51,493 bases of DNA from a virus (taxonomy: Duplodnaviria; Caudoviricetes). Where the stretch lies: the IMG/VR virus record IMGVR_UViG_3300045955_000245, positions 1-51,493 of that record, one strand, 5' to 3'. A model generated the notes under the pieces. The model made no database searches. It saw only the letters and a list, made by a program, of their open reading frames with translations, and was not told the origin of the DNA. The position numbers were made by a program, and so were the translations under genes. How positions within the stretch are numbered: the stretch's first letter is position 1; the number at the start of each line of letters is the position of its first letter. Positions 1-8,700 of the stretch are shown piece after piece.

Positions 1-127
1 CACGCCGCGCGGAACTCGTGCCGCGCCCGGAACAGCCGCGACTTCACCGAGCCGATGGTGGTGCCCCACTGCGCGGCCGCCTCGCGGTACGAGCGGCCCT
101 CGAGCGCCGTCTGCGCGAGCAACTCCC
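1..127. repeat. Terminal direct repeat (assembly overlap), copy 1
   Basis: 1-127 is identical to 51367-51493; 127 nt is a common assembler k-mer, and an ORF reads through the junction. Confidence 0.95.
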
Positions 128-617
128 CGTGCCTCGGCGGCAACCCGTCGAGCACCGCCCGCACCTCCGCCGCCACCCCCCCGGCGTCGTCGACCGCTAG
201 CGCCCGTTCCGGGTCGCAGAGCGGGTCGGTGTCGACCGCGATCGCCAGTCCGTTCAGCGCCTCCGCGCCGAATGCCCGTAGGCGCTGCCGCACCTGGCGC
301 CGGCGGGCGTCGTCGATGCACTGTCGCCACGCGATGCGGTACAGCCAGGCCTGGAAGCGCAAGCCCGGCGCCGTATTGGGCAGCGCCAGCCACGCCTTCA
401 CGAACACGTCTTGCAGGATGTCCTCGGCCAGCTCGACGTTGCCCCAGGTCGAGAACAAGACGAACTTGAGCAGCCGCGGCCGGTAGTGCCGGTACAGCGC
501 GTCGAACGCGGCGTCGTCGCCCGCCTGCGCTCGCTCGACGAGCGCCGCCTCGTCCCCGGTGGCTCCCGCTGGTGGCGGCGGCACGGTTCTTGTCGGCTGG
601 TCGGTTTCGGCTAGCAT
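1..617 (-). CDS. ECF-type RNA polymerase sigma factor (215 aa; continues across the circular junction to the TGA at 51336)
   Basis: Translated by hand from ATG 617: DEAALVERAQAGDDAAFDALYRHY...AEDILQDVFVKAW...FQAWLYRIAWRQCID (region 2) and LEGRSYREAAAQWGTTIGSVKSRLFRAR (region 4); absent from the ORF track because it spans the contig end. Confidence 0.9.
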   Translation of the reverse strand, partial: MLAETDQPTRTVPPPPAGATGDEAALVERAQAGDDAAFDALYRHYRPRLLKFVLFSTWGNVELAEDILQDVFVKAWLALPNTAPGLRFQAWLYRIAWRQCIDDARRRQVRQRLRAFGAEALNGLAIAVDTDPLCDPERALAVDDAGGVAAEVRAVLDGLPPRHGELLAQTALEGRSYREAAAQWGTTIGSVKSRLFRARHEFRAA

Positions 618-697
618 TGCCTCAGGCTCCTCTCCTGTGGTGTGGGGTGCGGCCGATGACGAAGCCCGGACGTGCAACCGTCCGGGCTTCGCGGCGT

Positions 698-1312
698 CTA
701 GGACTGGGTGCGCGCCGGAGCGCGCCGGGCCAACTTTTCGTCCTTCTGCTGCTGGTAGTGCGTGATCAGGTCGGCGGCCTTGCCCATCGTCAGGTTGGGC
801 GTGATCACCGTGTGTTCCTCGATGCCGAGGAAATCGAGCAGCGGCTTGAGCAGCCGCACCTGGCCCGTGGTCGCCAGTGACGCCGGCGAGCCGGACGGCG
901 GCGCCGCGTGCCCGTTCCCGTTCCCGTTCTGCGGTGCCGCCGCCGCTGCCGCTGCCGGCGCCTGGTGCCTTCGTGGCGGCTGGAGCAACTCTTCGGCGCC
1001 AGCCAGCCCCTTGTCCGAACCGGGGTAGCCGGCGTTGGCCAGCGCCCTGCCGACTGCCGATGTCTCTCCGCACTCGAACGGCGCGTCGCGCTCGGCCGCC
1101 TGCTTGCTGTCGATCGGCACCTCGGACGTGCCCATAAAGGCGCGGCCGTCCTCGAACGTCACCGTGGCCCGGCACAGGATCGCCGTCCCGATCGGAAAAA
1201 ACTCGGTGGTGATACTCCGAATGTCCTTGGGCCGCCCGGTCGCGCCGCCGTGCGCCGCGTCGAGCCGTTCCTTCACCGTCGCGTAGTCCTCCCCGTGGAT
1301 GTTTACTGGCAT
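698..1312 (-). CDS. Probable single-strand annealing recombinase (Rad52/Sak-like)
   Basis: YATVKERL and CGETSAVGRALANAG motifs, low-complexity C-terminal linker, early-operon position. Confidence 0.55.
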   Translation of the reverse strand: MPVNIHGEDYATVKERLDAAHGGATGRPKDIRSITTEFFPIGTAILCRATVTFEDGRAFMGTSEVPIDSKQAAERDAPFECGETSAVGRALANAGYPGSDKGLAGAEELLQPPRRHQAPAAAAAAAPQNGNGNGHAAPPSGSPASLATTGQVRLLKPLLDFLGIEEHTVITPNLTMGKAADLITHYQQQKDEKLARRAPARTQS

Positions 1313-1336
1313 GTGCGTGTCCCCTTTTCTGGCCTG

Positions 1337-1492
1337 CTAGTTCCACCGCCGCCAGTCCCGCCCGTACCGCGCCCGTTCGCTGGTGGCGTACCAGCGCAGC
1401 GCGAACACGCAGCCGAGCGCCAGCGCCGCCACCACGGCCACCACGAACAGCCACAGCGCGGCGCCGGCAAGCGCCAGGTCGAGCACGCTCAT
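1337..1492 (-). CDS. Small membrane protein (51 aa)
   Basis: MSVLDLALAGAALWLFVVAVVAALALGCVFALRW; ATGA overlap with the upstream gene. Confidence 0.6.
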   Translation of the reverse strand: MSVLDLALAGAALWLFVVAVVAALALGCVFALRWYATSERARYGRDWRRWN

Positions 1493-1860
1493 CCCCTTGA
1501 GTCCGCCGACTCCAGGGCATCGGCTTGCCGCTCAAACCGCTCGGCGATCTGCCGGTGCAGCGCCGCCGTCTCGCGCAGCCATGCAATCTCGTGGCCGCGG
1601 GCCAGCGCCGCCGCTTGCTGCGGTTCCTGCTCCTGTGGCGGCGCCGTCTGCGTCTCGCGCCCGAACGCCGCCACCACGTCGCTGCGGAACCGGCACCGCG
1701 ACTCGGACAGCCACACGCACGGCAACTGGCCGCTGTCTCGCAGCGCCGCCACGCGCTTGCGGTTCAGGCCCAGGTGCGCCGCCGTCTCGGCAATCGTCAG
1801 CAGCGCGTAGGGCAACGTGCCCTGTGCGGTAGTCGTCTGTTGTGCTTGGTTTTGCATCAC
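1489..1860 (-). CDS. Excisionase-like HTH DNA-binding protein
   Basis: LLTIAETAAHLGLNRKRVAALRDSGQLPCV..RFR matches the HTH_17/Xis pattern; downstream of the cro-like gene. Confidence 0.7.
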   Translation of the reverse strand: MMQNQAQQTTTAQGTLPYALLTIAETAAHLGLNRKRVAALRDSGQLPCVWLSESRCRFRSDVVAAFGRETQTAPPQEQEPQQAAALARGHEIAWLRETAALHRQIAERFERQADALESADSRG

Positions 1861-2138
1861 GGCACCCCAACCACGTTCTCCACGAGCGGTGCTACCACCA
1901 GTCCCGTGCGCGTGCTTCTTGGCACGTCACGCTGCAAAAAAAGGGCAACCGCGCGGGTCATGTCGGGGAACGCGCGCTGGATGCCGCCCAACACGCGCGT
2001 GCCGGGCCGGCGCCGCCCGCGCCGCACCAGGCTCCACATCGCCCGCGACACGCCCAGCCGGCGCGCCACGTCGCCGTCGCTCCAGGCGTTCGCCCGCTGC
2101 AACGACGCCACCGCTTCTACCAAATCCCTATCGCTCAT
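1857..2138 (-). CDS. Cro-like HTH regulator
   Basis: WSDGDVARRLGVSRAMWSLVRRGRRRPG HTH; divergent from the repressor. Confidence 0.75.
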   Translation of the reverse strand: MSDRDLVEAVASLQRANAWSDGDVARRLGVSRAMWSLVRRGRRRPGTRVLGGIQRAFPDMTRAVALFLQRDVPRSTRTGLVVAPLVENVVGVP

Positions 2139-2140
2139 GT

Positions 2141-2256
2141 TGTGACAACTGTAACACCTTTGGGAGCAGAAGTCAAGCGGTTTTGTGCCTTTTCCACTAG
2201 ACAACGTTACAATTGTCGCATAGGATAGGAGACGGTACGGCGTTACTGCGGTCACG
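2141..2256. promoter_or_regulatory. Immunity switch: three operators and divergent promoters
   Basis: Near-palindromes of consensus YGTTAC-N4-GTCRCR at 2141-2156 (minus), 2205-2220 and 2241-2256; leftward TTGACT(2176-2171)-N17-TACAGT(2153-2148); rightward TAGACA(2198-2203)-N17-TAGGAT(2221-2226). Confidence 0.8.
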
Positions 2257-2283
2257 GGCAGGCGTCCCGATAGGAGCACGACG

Positions 2284-2940
2284 ATGGGCATGCACGAGCT
2301 GGGCGCGTTTCTGCGCCGGGTGCGCGTCGAGCACGGGCTGACGCAGGCCGAGATGGCGCGCGCCGTAGGCGTGGATCGCTCGTACATCTCGCGGCTCGAG
2401 CGCGGCGACGACGGCTACAAAAGCATCGGCGAGGACGTGCTGATCCGGCTGGCGGCGGCGTACCGTAGCACGCCCGAGTACCTGCGCGCCGTGCTCTACG
2501 ACCGCCCGCTGCCCGACGCGCTGGTGGCCGATCCCGAGATGGCGCGCGAGGTGCCGATCGTGGCCCAGGCGACGGCCCGCGAGCGCGGCCAGCGCTACGG
2601 CGGCTTCCGCGCGCATCCAACGGAAGGCTGGCTGTGGGTGGGCGTCTCGGAAACGCGCGGCCGGCTACTGCGGGGCGTGCGCGTTACCGGCTCGTGCATG
2701 GCGCCGCTAATCGAGCCCGGCGACGTGGTGGTGATCGACGAGACCCAAAACCCGAGAGATGGGCAAATCGTGGTGGTGGAGCGCACCGACGGCGACGTGC
2801 TGATCAAGCGGCTCTATCGGGACAACGGCCGGGTGCGCTTGCAGCCCGACAATACCGACGCCGGCGAGCCGATCACGCTGGACGCCGACGACTGCCGTGT
2901 CGAGGGCGTCGTCTTGGAAATCCGGCGGCGCGTCTCCTGA
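2284..2940 (+). CDS. CI-like repressor (XRE HTH + S24 peptidase-like domain)
   Basis: LTQAEMARAVGVDRSYISRLERG; VRVTGSCMAPLIEPGDVVVID...GQIVVV...LIKRL. Confidence 0.9.
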   Translation: MGMHELGAFLRRVRVEHGLTQAEMARAVGVDRSYISRLERGDDGYKSIGEDVLIRLAAAYRSTPEYLRAVLYDRPLPDALVADPEMAREVPIVAQATARERGQRYGGFRAHPTEGWLWVGVSETRGRLLRGVRVTGSCMAPLIEPGDVVVIDETQNPRDGQIVVVERTDGDVLIKRLYRDNGRVRLQPDNTDAGEPITLDADDCRVEGVVLEIRRRVS

Positions 2941-2947
2941 CACCGGA

Positions 2948-4120
2948 GTGCCGGCTCGACACCGGGCACCCGACCACGACGCGCGGCCCACGCTGCTGCC
3001 GTCCGGCAACTGGGGCGTGCGCGTCTCGCTCGGCGGCCGGCGCTACCACCGCACGGCGGCGACGGCCGCGGCGGCCCGCGCGGCGAGAGACGAGCTCAAG
3101 CGCCTGCACCGGCTGGGGTTGCTCAATCCCGAGCCGCCGCCGCCCGAACCACTGGCACCAACGGTGGCCGGCGCGCTCGCCGCTTGGCTGCCGTCCGTCC
3201 GGGATGCCGTCGAGCCGAGCAGCTACGCCCGCTACGCGCTCGAAGCCAGAATCCGGTTGGTGCCCGCGCTGGGCACCGTCCCGCTGCCGGAGTTGACCAG
3301 GGCACAGGTGCGGGCGGCGCTGGAAGCGATGCGCCACCGGGTGAGTGCCAGGACGGTGCGGTACGCCCGCGAGACGCTGCGCCTGGCGCTGCAACGGGCC
3401 GTGGACGACGGACTCCTCACCGACAACCCGGCGGCGGGTGTGCGACTGCCCAAAGAGCGGCGGGCACCGGCGCGGCCATTGGGACCGGCCGACGTGCGGG
3501 CGTTACTCGCGATCGACGGCGGAGACGATCGGTGGCACCCGTTGTGGCTGGTGGCGCTGTACACCGGGATGCGGCTGGGCGAGCTGCTGGGGTTGCCGTG
3601 GTCCCAAGTGGACTGGCAGGGCGGCGTCCAGGTGTGCCAGGTATTGGCCGTGGCCGAGGGCGGCGGCTTCCATTTGCGCGGCTATCCCAAGCGCCAGGCC
3701 AGCGTCAGAAGGATCGACGTGCCGGCCGAGGTGGTCGACGCGCTGCGGGCCGTCGCCGATGGGCAGAACGACGCGCAGCGCCGGCTCGGGCTGGTGTTCT
3801 CGTCACGGGTCGGCACGTGGCTGCTGCCCCGAAACGTCGAGCGCGCGTTCCAGGCGGCGTGCCGGGACGCGGGGATCGTGCTGCGCCGCGGCGAGTCACT
3901 GCACTTGCTCCGGCACACCTACGCGAGCACGCTGCTGGCGGCGGGCCGGCCCATCACGGAGGTCTCGTATCTCCTTGGTCATGGGAATGCCGCCATCACG
4001 TTGGCCATCTACTCGCACTTTGTGGCGGCGCCGACGACGGCCGCGGCGGGTGCGCTGAGCGTGGCCTATTCGGCACCAAACGGCGCAAAAACGGGCGCAT
4101 CCGGGGGTGACTGCCGATGA
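2948..4120 (+). CDS. int: Tyrosine integrase (start uncertain)
   Basis: YTGMRLGELLGL (R), YPK (K), HLLRH, LGH and IYSH (Y) catalytic motifs; SAM-like core domain. Confidence 0.95.
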   Translation: MPARHRAPDHDARPTLLPSGNWGVRVSLGGRRYHRTAATAAAARAARDELKRLHRLGLLNPEPPPPEPLAPTVAGALAAWLPSVRDAVEPSSYARYALEARIRLVPALGTVPLPELTRAQVRAALEAMRHRVSARTVRYARETLRLALQRAVDDGLLTDNPAAGVRLPKERRAPARPLGPADVRALLAIDGGDDRWHPLWLVALYTGMRLGELLGLPWSQVDWQGGVQVCQVLAVAEGGGFHLRGYPKRQASVRRIDVPAEVVDALRAVADGQNDAQRRLGLVFSSRVGTWLLPRNVERAFQAACRDAGIVLRRGESLHLLRHTYASTLLAAGRPITEVSYLLGHGNAAITLAIYSHFVAAPTTAAAGALSVAYSAPNGAKTGASGGDCR

Positions 4121-4329
4121 CGTTGGTACTGCCGCCCGCCGACGGCGCCGCTGACCCGGTTCCCGTATCTGGTATGGGTATCCCGGAAGGAGCAAGACCT
4201 ACGGATTCCCGGTCCGCCGCGATGGGTCTGCGCCGTCCCGCGCCGGGCCGTTTGGGCCACGCCGCTCCTGGGAACGGTGCCCTACGGTGCCGTCGCGGGC
4301 AGCGCATCGGCGTTTTGACTGCCGATGAC
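4108..4329. other. Candidate attP region
   Basis: Non-coding gap after int bounded by the 14-bp direct repeat TGACTGCCGATGAC (4108-4121, 4316-4329), each preceded by GCGCATC; resembles arm-type sites. Confidence 0.5.
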
Positions 4330-4355
4330 CCATGCCAACGCGCACGTTGCCACCG

Positions 4356-4934
4356 CTATTGCGGCTCCCAGCGCAAGACCGGGAAGTGCCCGTCATGCGC
4401 CGCCTGCTTCCGCTGCTGGACGGTGGTGCGTAACTGCTTAATCAGCGGCACAAGCAGTGCCTCAACCTCCTCGCGGGTGTCGGCGCTGAAGGAGCGTCTG
4501 ACCGTGCTCCCGTCGGGGCGCGAACCCACGGTGAACCGACCGCTCCACCGCCCGGACGGCAGTTGGCAGATGCTCCCGGTGCCGCTCGGGCGGTTCACCC
4601 TTTCGTGCGGCTCCACGCTGCCACCTGGCCTGCGTGGCATGCCCACCAGGCGGCCGGCGAAGAAGAGTTCTGCCCGAAGCAGCATGGCGGGGAGGTCATC
4701 GCAGTCGAACACCTCGCTCCGCACCCGGCGGCACCCGTCGCGGGTGAGCGCCCAAATCGCGCTCGTTTCGTGCGCTCGCTCGCACGGCCAGCAGGCGACG
4801 ATACTCGCGGTCGGCGCCGAGCAGCGGAAGGACGCCAAGCGCCGCAGCGGACCACTCGACCAACCCAACTTGAAGCGGGTGCCCTCGGCTTCCAGGCGGA
4901 TGACGTAGAAGAAGCCGCGGACGGCGCTAGCCAT
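4356..4934 (-). CDS. GIY-YIG/T5orf172-like domain fused to an integrase-type arm DNA-binding domain
   Basis: N-term FFYVIRL...FKLGWS..P.RRL...E...SEVF; C-term GTGSICQLPSGRWSGRFTVG..PDG..VRRSFSADTREEVE. Confidence 0.6.
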   Translation of the reverse strand: MASAVRGFFYVIRLEAEGTRFKLGWSSGPLRRLASFRCSAPTASIVACWPCERAHETSAIWALTRDGCRRVRSEVFDCDDLPAMLLRAELFFAGRLVGMPRRPGGSVEPHERVNRPSGTGSICQLPSGRWSGRFTVGSRPDGSTVRRSFSADTREEVEALLVPLIKQLRTTVQQRKQAAHDGHFPVLRWEPQ

Positions 4935-5082
4935 CGCGCGCCGCCTTCTCTCGGATCGCCGCCAGTACCCACTCCCGTAGGGTCAACCCCTGGGCAACGG
5001 CTCGGCTGTGTACGGTGCGGATAAACGCCTCCTCCTCCGCCCGCAGTTCGATTGTCAGCCGCTTCCGGTACGTTGGCTCCAT
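4927..5082 (-). CDS. Ribbon-helix-helix regulator
   Basis: KRLTIELRAEEEAFIRTVHSRAVAQGLTLREWVLAAI; GGGAGG RBS. Confidence 0.65.
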   Translation of the reverse strand: MEPTYRKRLTIELRAEEEAFIRTVHSRAVAQGLTLREWVLAAIREKAARDG

Positions 5083-5118
5083 CCGGCGTGCCTCCCGGCG
5101 TTGATTGGACATATTGGT

Positions 5119-5168
5119 AGTATAGCACATCTGGGGTACTTGACAATCTGTGTAGCCTGTGCTACTAT
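5119..5168. promoter_or_regulatory. Divergent sigma70-type promoters
   Basis: Plus: TTGACA(5140-5145)-N17-TACTAT(5163-5168); minus: TTGTCA-N16-TATACT(5124-5119); both have a TG extension. Confidence 0.75.
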
Positions 5169-5191
5169 AGTAGGCGTAAGGAGCACACGAG

Positions 5192-5440
5192 ATGGCGACG
5201 ACAATCGACGCACTCACCCTGGCAGACATCAGTAGCGACGGCAGTGGCACGGACGAGGACGTAGAGCAGTTCAAGGCGGCGTGCCGGGACTACCAGCGCG
5301 TGAGCGGCTGTACCGACCGGGAAGCCATCGAGGCCATCTGGAATGACGGCGACTTCCAGCAGTGCCTGTTCTGGGGCGAAGCCAACTACGCGAAGGCGTT
5401 TCTCGACCGCATCGCCGAACCGCTGCACGGCAAGCCGTAG
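5192..5440 (+). CDS. Hypothetical protein
   Basis: AAGGAG RBS, follows a consensus promoter. Confidence 0.7.
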   Translation: MATTIDALTLADISSDGSGTDEDVEQFKAACRDYQRVSGCTDREAIEAIWNDGDFQQCLFWGEANYAKAFLDRIAEPLHGKP

Positions 5441-5455
5441 CACACTTGGGAGGGA

Positions 5456-5737
5456 ATGGGCACCGTGTTAGACACCCGCCAACGCAGCGCCATCCAGCGT
5501 GCGTTCGCGTCCGGCTTGGTGGACGGCGTGCAACGGGTGGGCTACAACACCTACCGCGTGCCGTCCACCACCCGCGAGGGCGTCGCCTATCTGGTGACGA
5601 CGAACCGCATGGGTGAGAAGTGGTGGTGCAACTGCACCGCGGGCGAGATGCGGCGTCCCTGCACCCACGCAGCGGCGGGATACGTCGCGTGGGTGCGGGA
5701 ACGCACACAGAGAACGAGCAAGCAGGAGGCAGCGTGA
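5456..5737 (+). CDS. SWIM zinc-finger protein
   Basis: YRVPS...Y.V...CNCTAG...PCTH (CxC-n-CxH). Confidence 0.75.
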   Translation: MGTVLDTRQRSAIQRAFASGLVDGVQRVGYNTYRVPSTTREGVAYLVTTNRMGEKWWCNCTAGEMRRPCTHAAAGYVAWVRERTQRTSKQEAA

Positions 5738-6264
5738 TGGCCGTTCGAGAAGCATCCGGTGAGGCCGTCTTGCGCCGGTTCGACGCCGACCGCGAGTGCC
5801 CGAAGTGCGGCACGCCCGACGTGGCGTTCACGTGGTGCCCCGGCCACCAGCGCGCCGGCCATTACGGGCCACTCGATGGCCGGTACGTCTCCTATGGCCG
5901 GTGTCTCAAGGGCGAACACCTGCACCGGCATTGCCAGGCGTGCCACTACGAGTGGCTCGAGGCATGTAGAGCGCGGGCTCTGGACGGCATCGACGACGCC
6001 GGCGGCGCTACCGATCAACCGCCGGTCGAGACACGCGACGACGTGATGGAGGCGCTGCTCGACGCCTACCAGGAGGCCAGGGCCAGGGCCCTGACCGCAG
6101 TCGGGGTGCCGGGGCACGTCGACCCGATGCGGCTGGCCGATCAGTGGGTGGTTGAGCGCCGGTGTATTGTGGCCGACTGCGACGGCTGGCGCGACCGCTA
6201 CCGCGCTGCCGTGCAGCGAGAGATGGCCCGCCTGCTCAACGACCGTGACGGACTCCGGGCATGA
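5737..6264 (+). CDS. Hypothetical Zn-finger protein
   Basis: CPKCG...EHLHRHCQACHYEW; start overlaps the upstream stop. Confidence 0.6.
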   Translation: MAVREASGEAVLRRFDADRECPKCGTPDVAFTWCPGHQRAGHYGPLDGRYVSYGRCLKGEHLHRHCQACHYEWLEACRARALDGIDDAGGATDQPPVETRDDVMEALLDAYQEARARALTAVGVPGHVDPMRLADQWVVERRCIVADCDGWRDRYRAAVQREMARLLNDRDGLRA

Positions 6265-6446
6265 GCGTGCGATTGCGGCGGCGCTCCTGGTTGGGCCGCC
6301 TCCGGCGCTTTCCCGGCGTGGTGTGGCAACACGCGCGCCTGCTGCGCCGCCACGGCAACGGCTGGCCGGCGTCGTTATGGCTGGCGTTCAGGATGTCGCT
6401 GCTTCTGTTGCTCCCAACAGCGTCGGGGAGGGGGAGAAGGCGATGA
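6261..6446 (+). CDS. Hypothetical protein
   Basis: ATGA overlaps at both ends. Confidence 0.45.
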   Translation: MSVRLRRRSWLGRLRRFPGVVWQHARLLRRHGNGWPASLWLAFRMSLLLLLPTASGRGRRR

Positions 6447-6796
6447 GCACGCGCGTCGCCGTGGGCGAGGTCGTCTGGTGGGGCCTGGACATCCCGTTGA
6501 CCTACATGTGCCGGACGTGTGGCAAGGTCGTCTACAAGGACGTGATGGGTAGGCCGGTAGCTGACGTGTACCCCGGCCCGGTGGTGTGCTCGGACGAGTG
6601 CAACCGGCGCTTTCTCAACTACCTGACATTCGGGGACGAGCGCGGGCCGTTCGGTGATGATCCCGACGACCCGTGCACGGAATGTGGGCGGTCGCTCGGC
6701 CGCCCCATCGAGGACGTGTACGACTGGTGCGACGCCTGCTTTACCCCGCGCGGGCTGCTGGAGGAGGGTGATGGCCATGACATTCCAGCCGTTTGA
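6443..6796 (+). CDS. Cys-rich hypothetical protein
   Basis: CRTC, CSDEC, CTEC and CDAC motifs; GGAG RBS. Confidence 0.6.
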   Translation: MSTRVAVGEVVWWGLDIPLTYMCRTCGKVVYKDVMGRPVADVYPGPVVCSDECNRRFLNYLTFGDERGPFGDDPDDPCTECGRSLGRPIEDVYDWCDACFTPRGLLEEGDGHDIPAV

Positions 6797-7007
6797 TTTG
6801 GATGGTGCCGAGCGTCGATGGCGCGAGGCCTACGAACTGGCGCCACTCGGCGCCGCCGTCGTGGTCGCCCACGTGGTACAAGTCGAGTACCCGGCGGCGC
6901 TGGCCGAAATCCGCCGCCTGCGCTCGGTCGTGACGCAGATGCAGCAGGCCATCGACCGGATGGGTGACGGCATCGAGCCGTTCCCCGGCGAGGACGACGA
7001 TGGCTAG
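6771..7007 (+). CDS. Hypothetical protein
   Basis: GGAGGAGG RBS; PAALAEIRRLR motif shared with 10651..10968. Confidence 0.55.
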   Translation: MAMTFQPFDLDGAERRWREAYELAPLGAAVVVAHVVQVEYPAALAEIRRLRSVVTQMQQAIDRMGDGIEPFPGEDDDG

Positions 7008-7320
7008 CCGCACCGGCGAGTTCGATTGGCTGGAACGCGAGATCGCGGCCGCTGTTACGCCGCTCTGCGAACGGTACGGCTACGGCGCGGTGATGGGCAC
7101 CGCCAGCCGTCTCTGGCGCGAACGCGATTCGGTTGGCGCCCTGGCGATGGACGACGGCGCCGCCCGGCGGGTCGCCGGCGCGCTGCTGCAGTACGCGATT
7201 GGCGACACCGCGGCCGACGACGGGTTGTACGTCGATTGGCGCTACGTGGCCGAGCAGATGGCGGCGGCGCTGGATGGGGGCAAGGATGGGGACGACGAAG
7301 CCGGCACGCCGCCGCTTTGA
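7000..7320 (+). CDS. Hypothetical protein
   Basis: Overlapping operon arrangement, GAGG RBS. Confidence 0.55.
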   Translation: MASRTGEFDWLEREIAAAVTPLCERYGYGAVMGTASRLWRERDSVGALAMDDGAARRVAGALLQYAIGDTAADDGLYVDWRYVAEQMAAALDGGKDGDDEAGTPPL

Positions 7321-7513
7321 CTGCTACGACCGCGCTGGCGTGCGGCGCTGCCGGGTGACGCTCACCGACGGCAGTCTCGAGGGCAGCGTGGTGTGGTATC
7401 GTCCACCCCTGGCCGGCGGGCCGGACGTGCGCCGCGTCGACCGCAGCGAGGCCGCCTGCCTGCTCTGGCGCTGGCGCCACGAGGGCGGGTCGGTGGTCGA
7501 GCTCGCGCGCTAG
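7286..7513 (+). CDS. Hypothetical protein
   Basis: Last ORF of the operon, converging on the AAA gene. Confidence 0.45.
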   Translation: MGTTKPARRRFDCYDRAGVRRCRVTLTDGSLEGSVVWYRPPLAGGPDVRRVDRSEAACLLWRWRHEGGSVVELAR

Positions 7514-8700
7514 GCCGCCCTCGCCCGAGCCCGCTCGGCCCGCTTCCGGCACGCATCGCATAGGCCATTGGCGTGGACCGGGCGGCCGCAGTCGGGCGTT
7601 TGGCACAGCGCACTCACCGTGGCAGCGCGCTCTGCCACCGGAGCGGCAACCGGCACGACGGGCACGAACGCCACGCACGTCGGCGCACCCGGCGGCCCGA
7701 TGAACTGCGCCGCCACCGACCAGGGTTCGGCCGCTAGCCCGAAGTTGGACTTAGCGTGCGTCACCTGGACGTAGCCGCCCTGGCGCTCGAGCGTGAGCTG
7801 GCTGCGGATTTTGGCGTGCTTCATGAAGCTGCCCACGGCGCCCTGTTCGGTGTGCTTGCCCGTGTGGTCGATGGCGACGACCGGCACGCCCCAACTCTCG
7901 AAGCCGCCCAGTACCCGGTTCCACCCGTTATGGTCGGAGAGCGCCACGCCACGTGCGCCGATCGTCAGCGAGTCGACCAGCACGCAGCCGGCGCGGTGCT
8001 TCCTGACGGCCCGACCAACCAGCGCGATGCCCTCGGGATCGCCGAGCGAGCACTCCACTTGCAGGTAGCGCAAGCCGCGCGGCGGACGTGAGAGGCCGCG
8101 TCCACGAGCCAGCGGCCAGGCACGCCGGCGACACTCCTCGCCCTCCAGCTCGGCGTCGACGTACAGCACGGACGATAGGCGGCGCACCGGGCGGCCCAAC
8201 CAGTCGCCGCCAGTGAGACAGGCGATGCCCAGGTCGAGTAGCATCAGCGACTTGCCCAGTCCACCGGGCGCCACCAGCGCCGTGACGTACCCGCGCGGTT
8301 CCAGCCGGAGCCACAGGCGGCGCGCCGGCGTCGGGCCGTAGGGCACCAGTCCATCGACCAGCCAGGCCCGCGGCGGCGGCTCGCTGCCGATAGACACGTC
8401 CAGCGTCGTCCCACCGTCCCCGGTGCGTCCCCGCGGTGCTGGCCGCCGCCCGCTCGTGGCAGTGGGCAGCACCCCCGGCGTCCCAGGCGTCCCACCGTGG
8501 GCGTCCCCCCTACGGGGGGACGAGCCGGCAGGATGGGACGGGTTGGGACGGCCGTGGGACGCCTGCTCTGCCCCGCCAACGGGTGAGCGGGATGGCGGAC
8601 GAGTGGGCGGGAGACGCATGAACCACCAGTGCCACGCCAGCATCGCCAGCGCGAGCACGCCGAGCCAGAGCGCGGCGTCGGGCGGCCTATCCGCCGGCAT
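7510..8700 (-). CDS. Membrane-anchored RecA/RepA-like (AAA_25) ATPase with C-terminal Zn finger
   Basis: N-term TM LWLGVLALAMLAWHWWF; WLVDGLVP; Walker A APGGLGKS; VLYVDAE; Walker B VLVDS; IDHTGK; CQTPDC...GLCDAC. Confidence 0.75.
   Translation of the reverse strand: MPADRPPDAALWLGVLALAMLAWHWWFMRLPPTRPPSRSPVGGAEQASHGRPNPSHPAGSSPRRGDAHGGTPGTPGVLPTATSGRRPAPRGRTGDGGTTLDVSIGSEPPPRAWLVDGLVPYGPTPARRLWLRLEPRGYVTALVAPGGLGKSLMLLDLGIACLTGGDWLGRPVRRLSSVLYVDAELEGEECRRRAWPLARGRGLSRPPRGLRYLQVECSLGDPEGIALVGRAVRKHRAGCVLVDSLTIGARGVALSDHNGWNRVLGGFESWGVPVVAIDHTGKHTEQGAVGSFMKHAKIRSQLTLERQGGYVQVTHAKSNFGLAAEPWSVAAQFIGPPGAPTCVAFVPVVPVAAPVAERAATVSALCQTPDCGRPVHANGLCDACRKRAERARARAA

Noticed and set aside
4172-4184. 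13-bp match GTATGGGTATCCC between the attP region and the array B tail (47891-47903)
   Set aside because: A single 13-mer match in 51 kb can occur by chance and there is no flanking similarity; worth rechecking only if array targets map near attP
4130-4310. tRNA or tRNA fragment at attP
   Set aside because: No GGTTCRANTCC T-arm or cloverleaf recognisable on either strand
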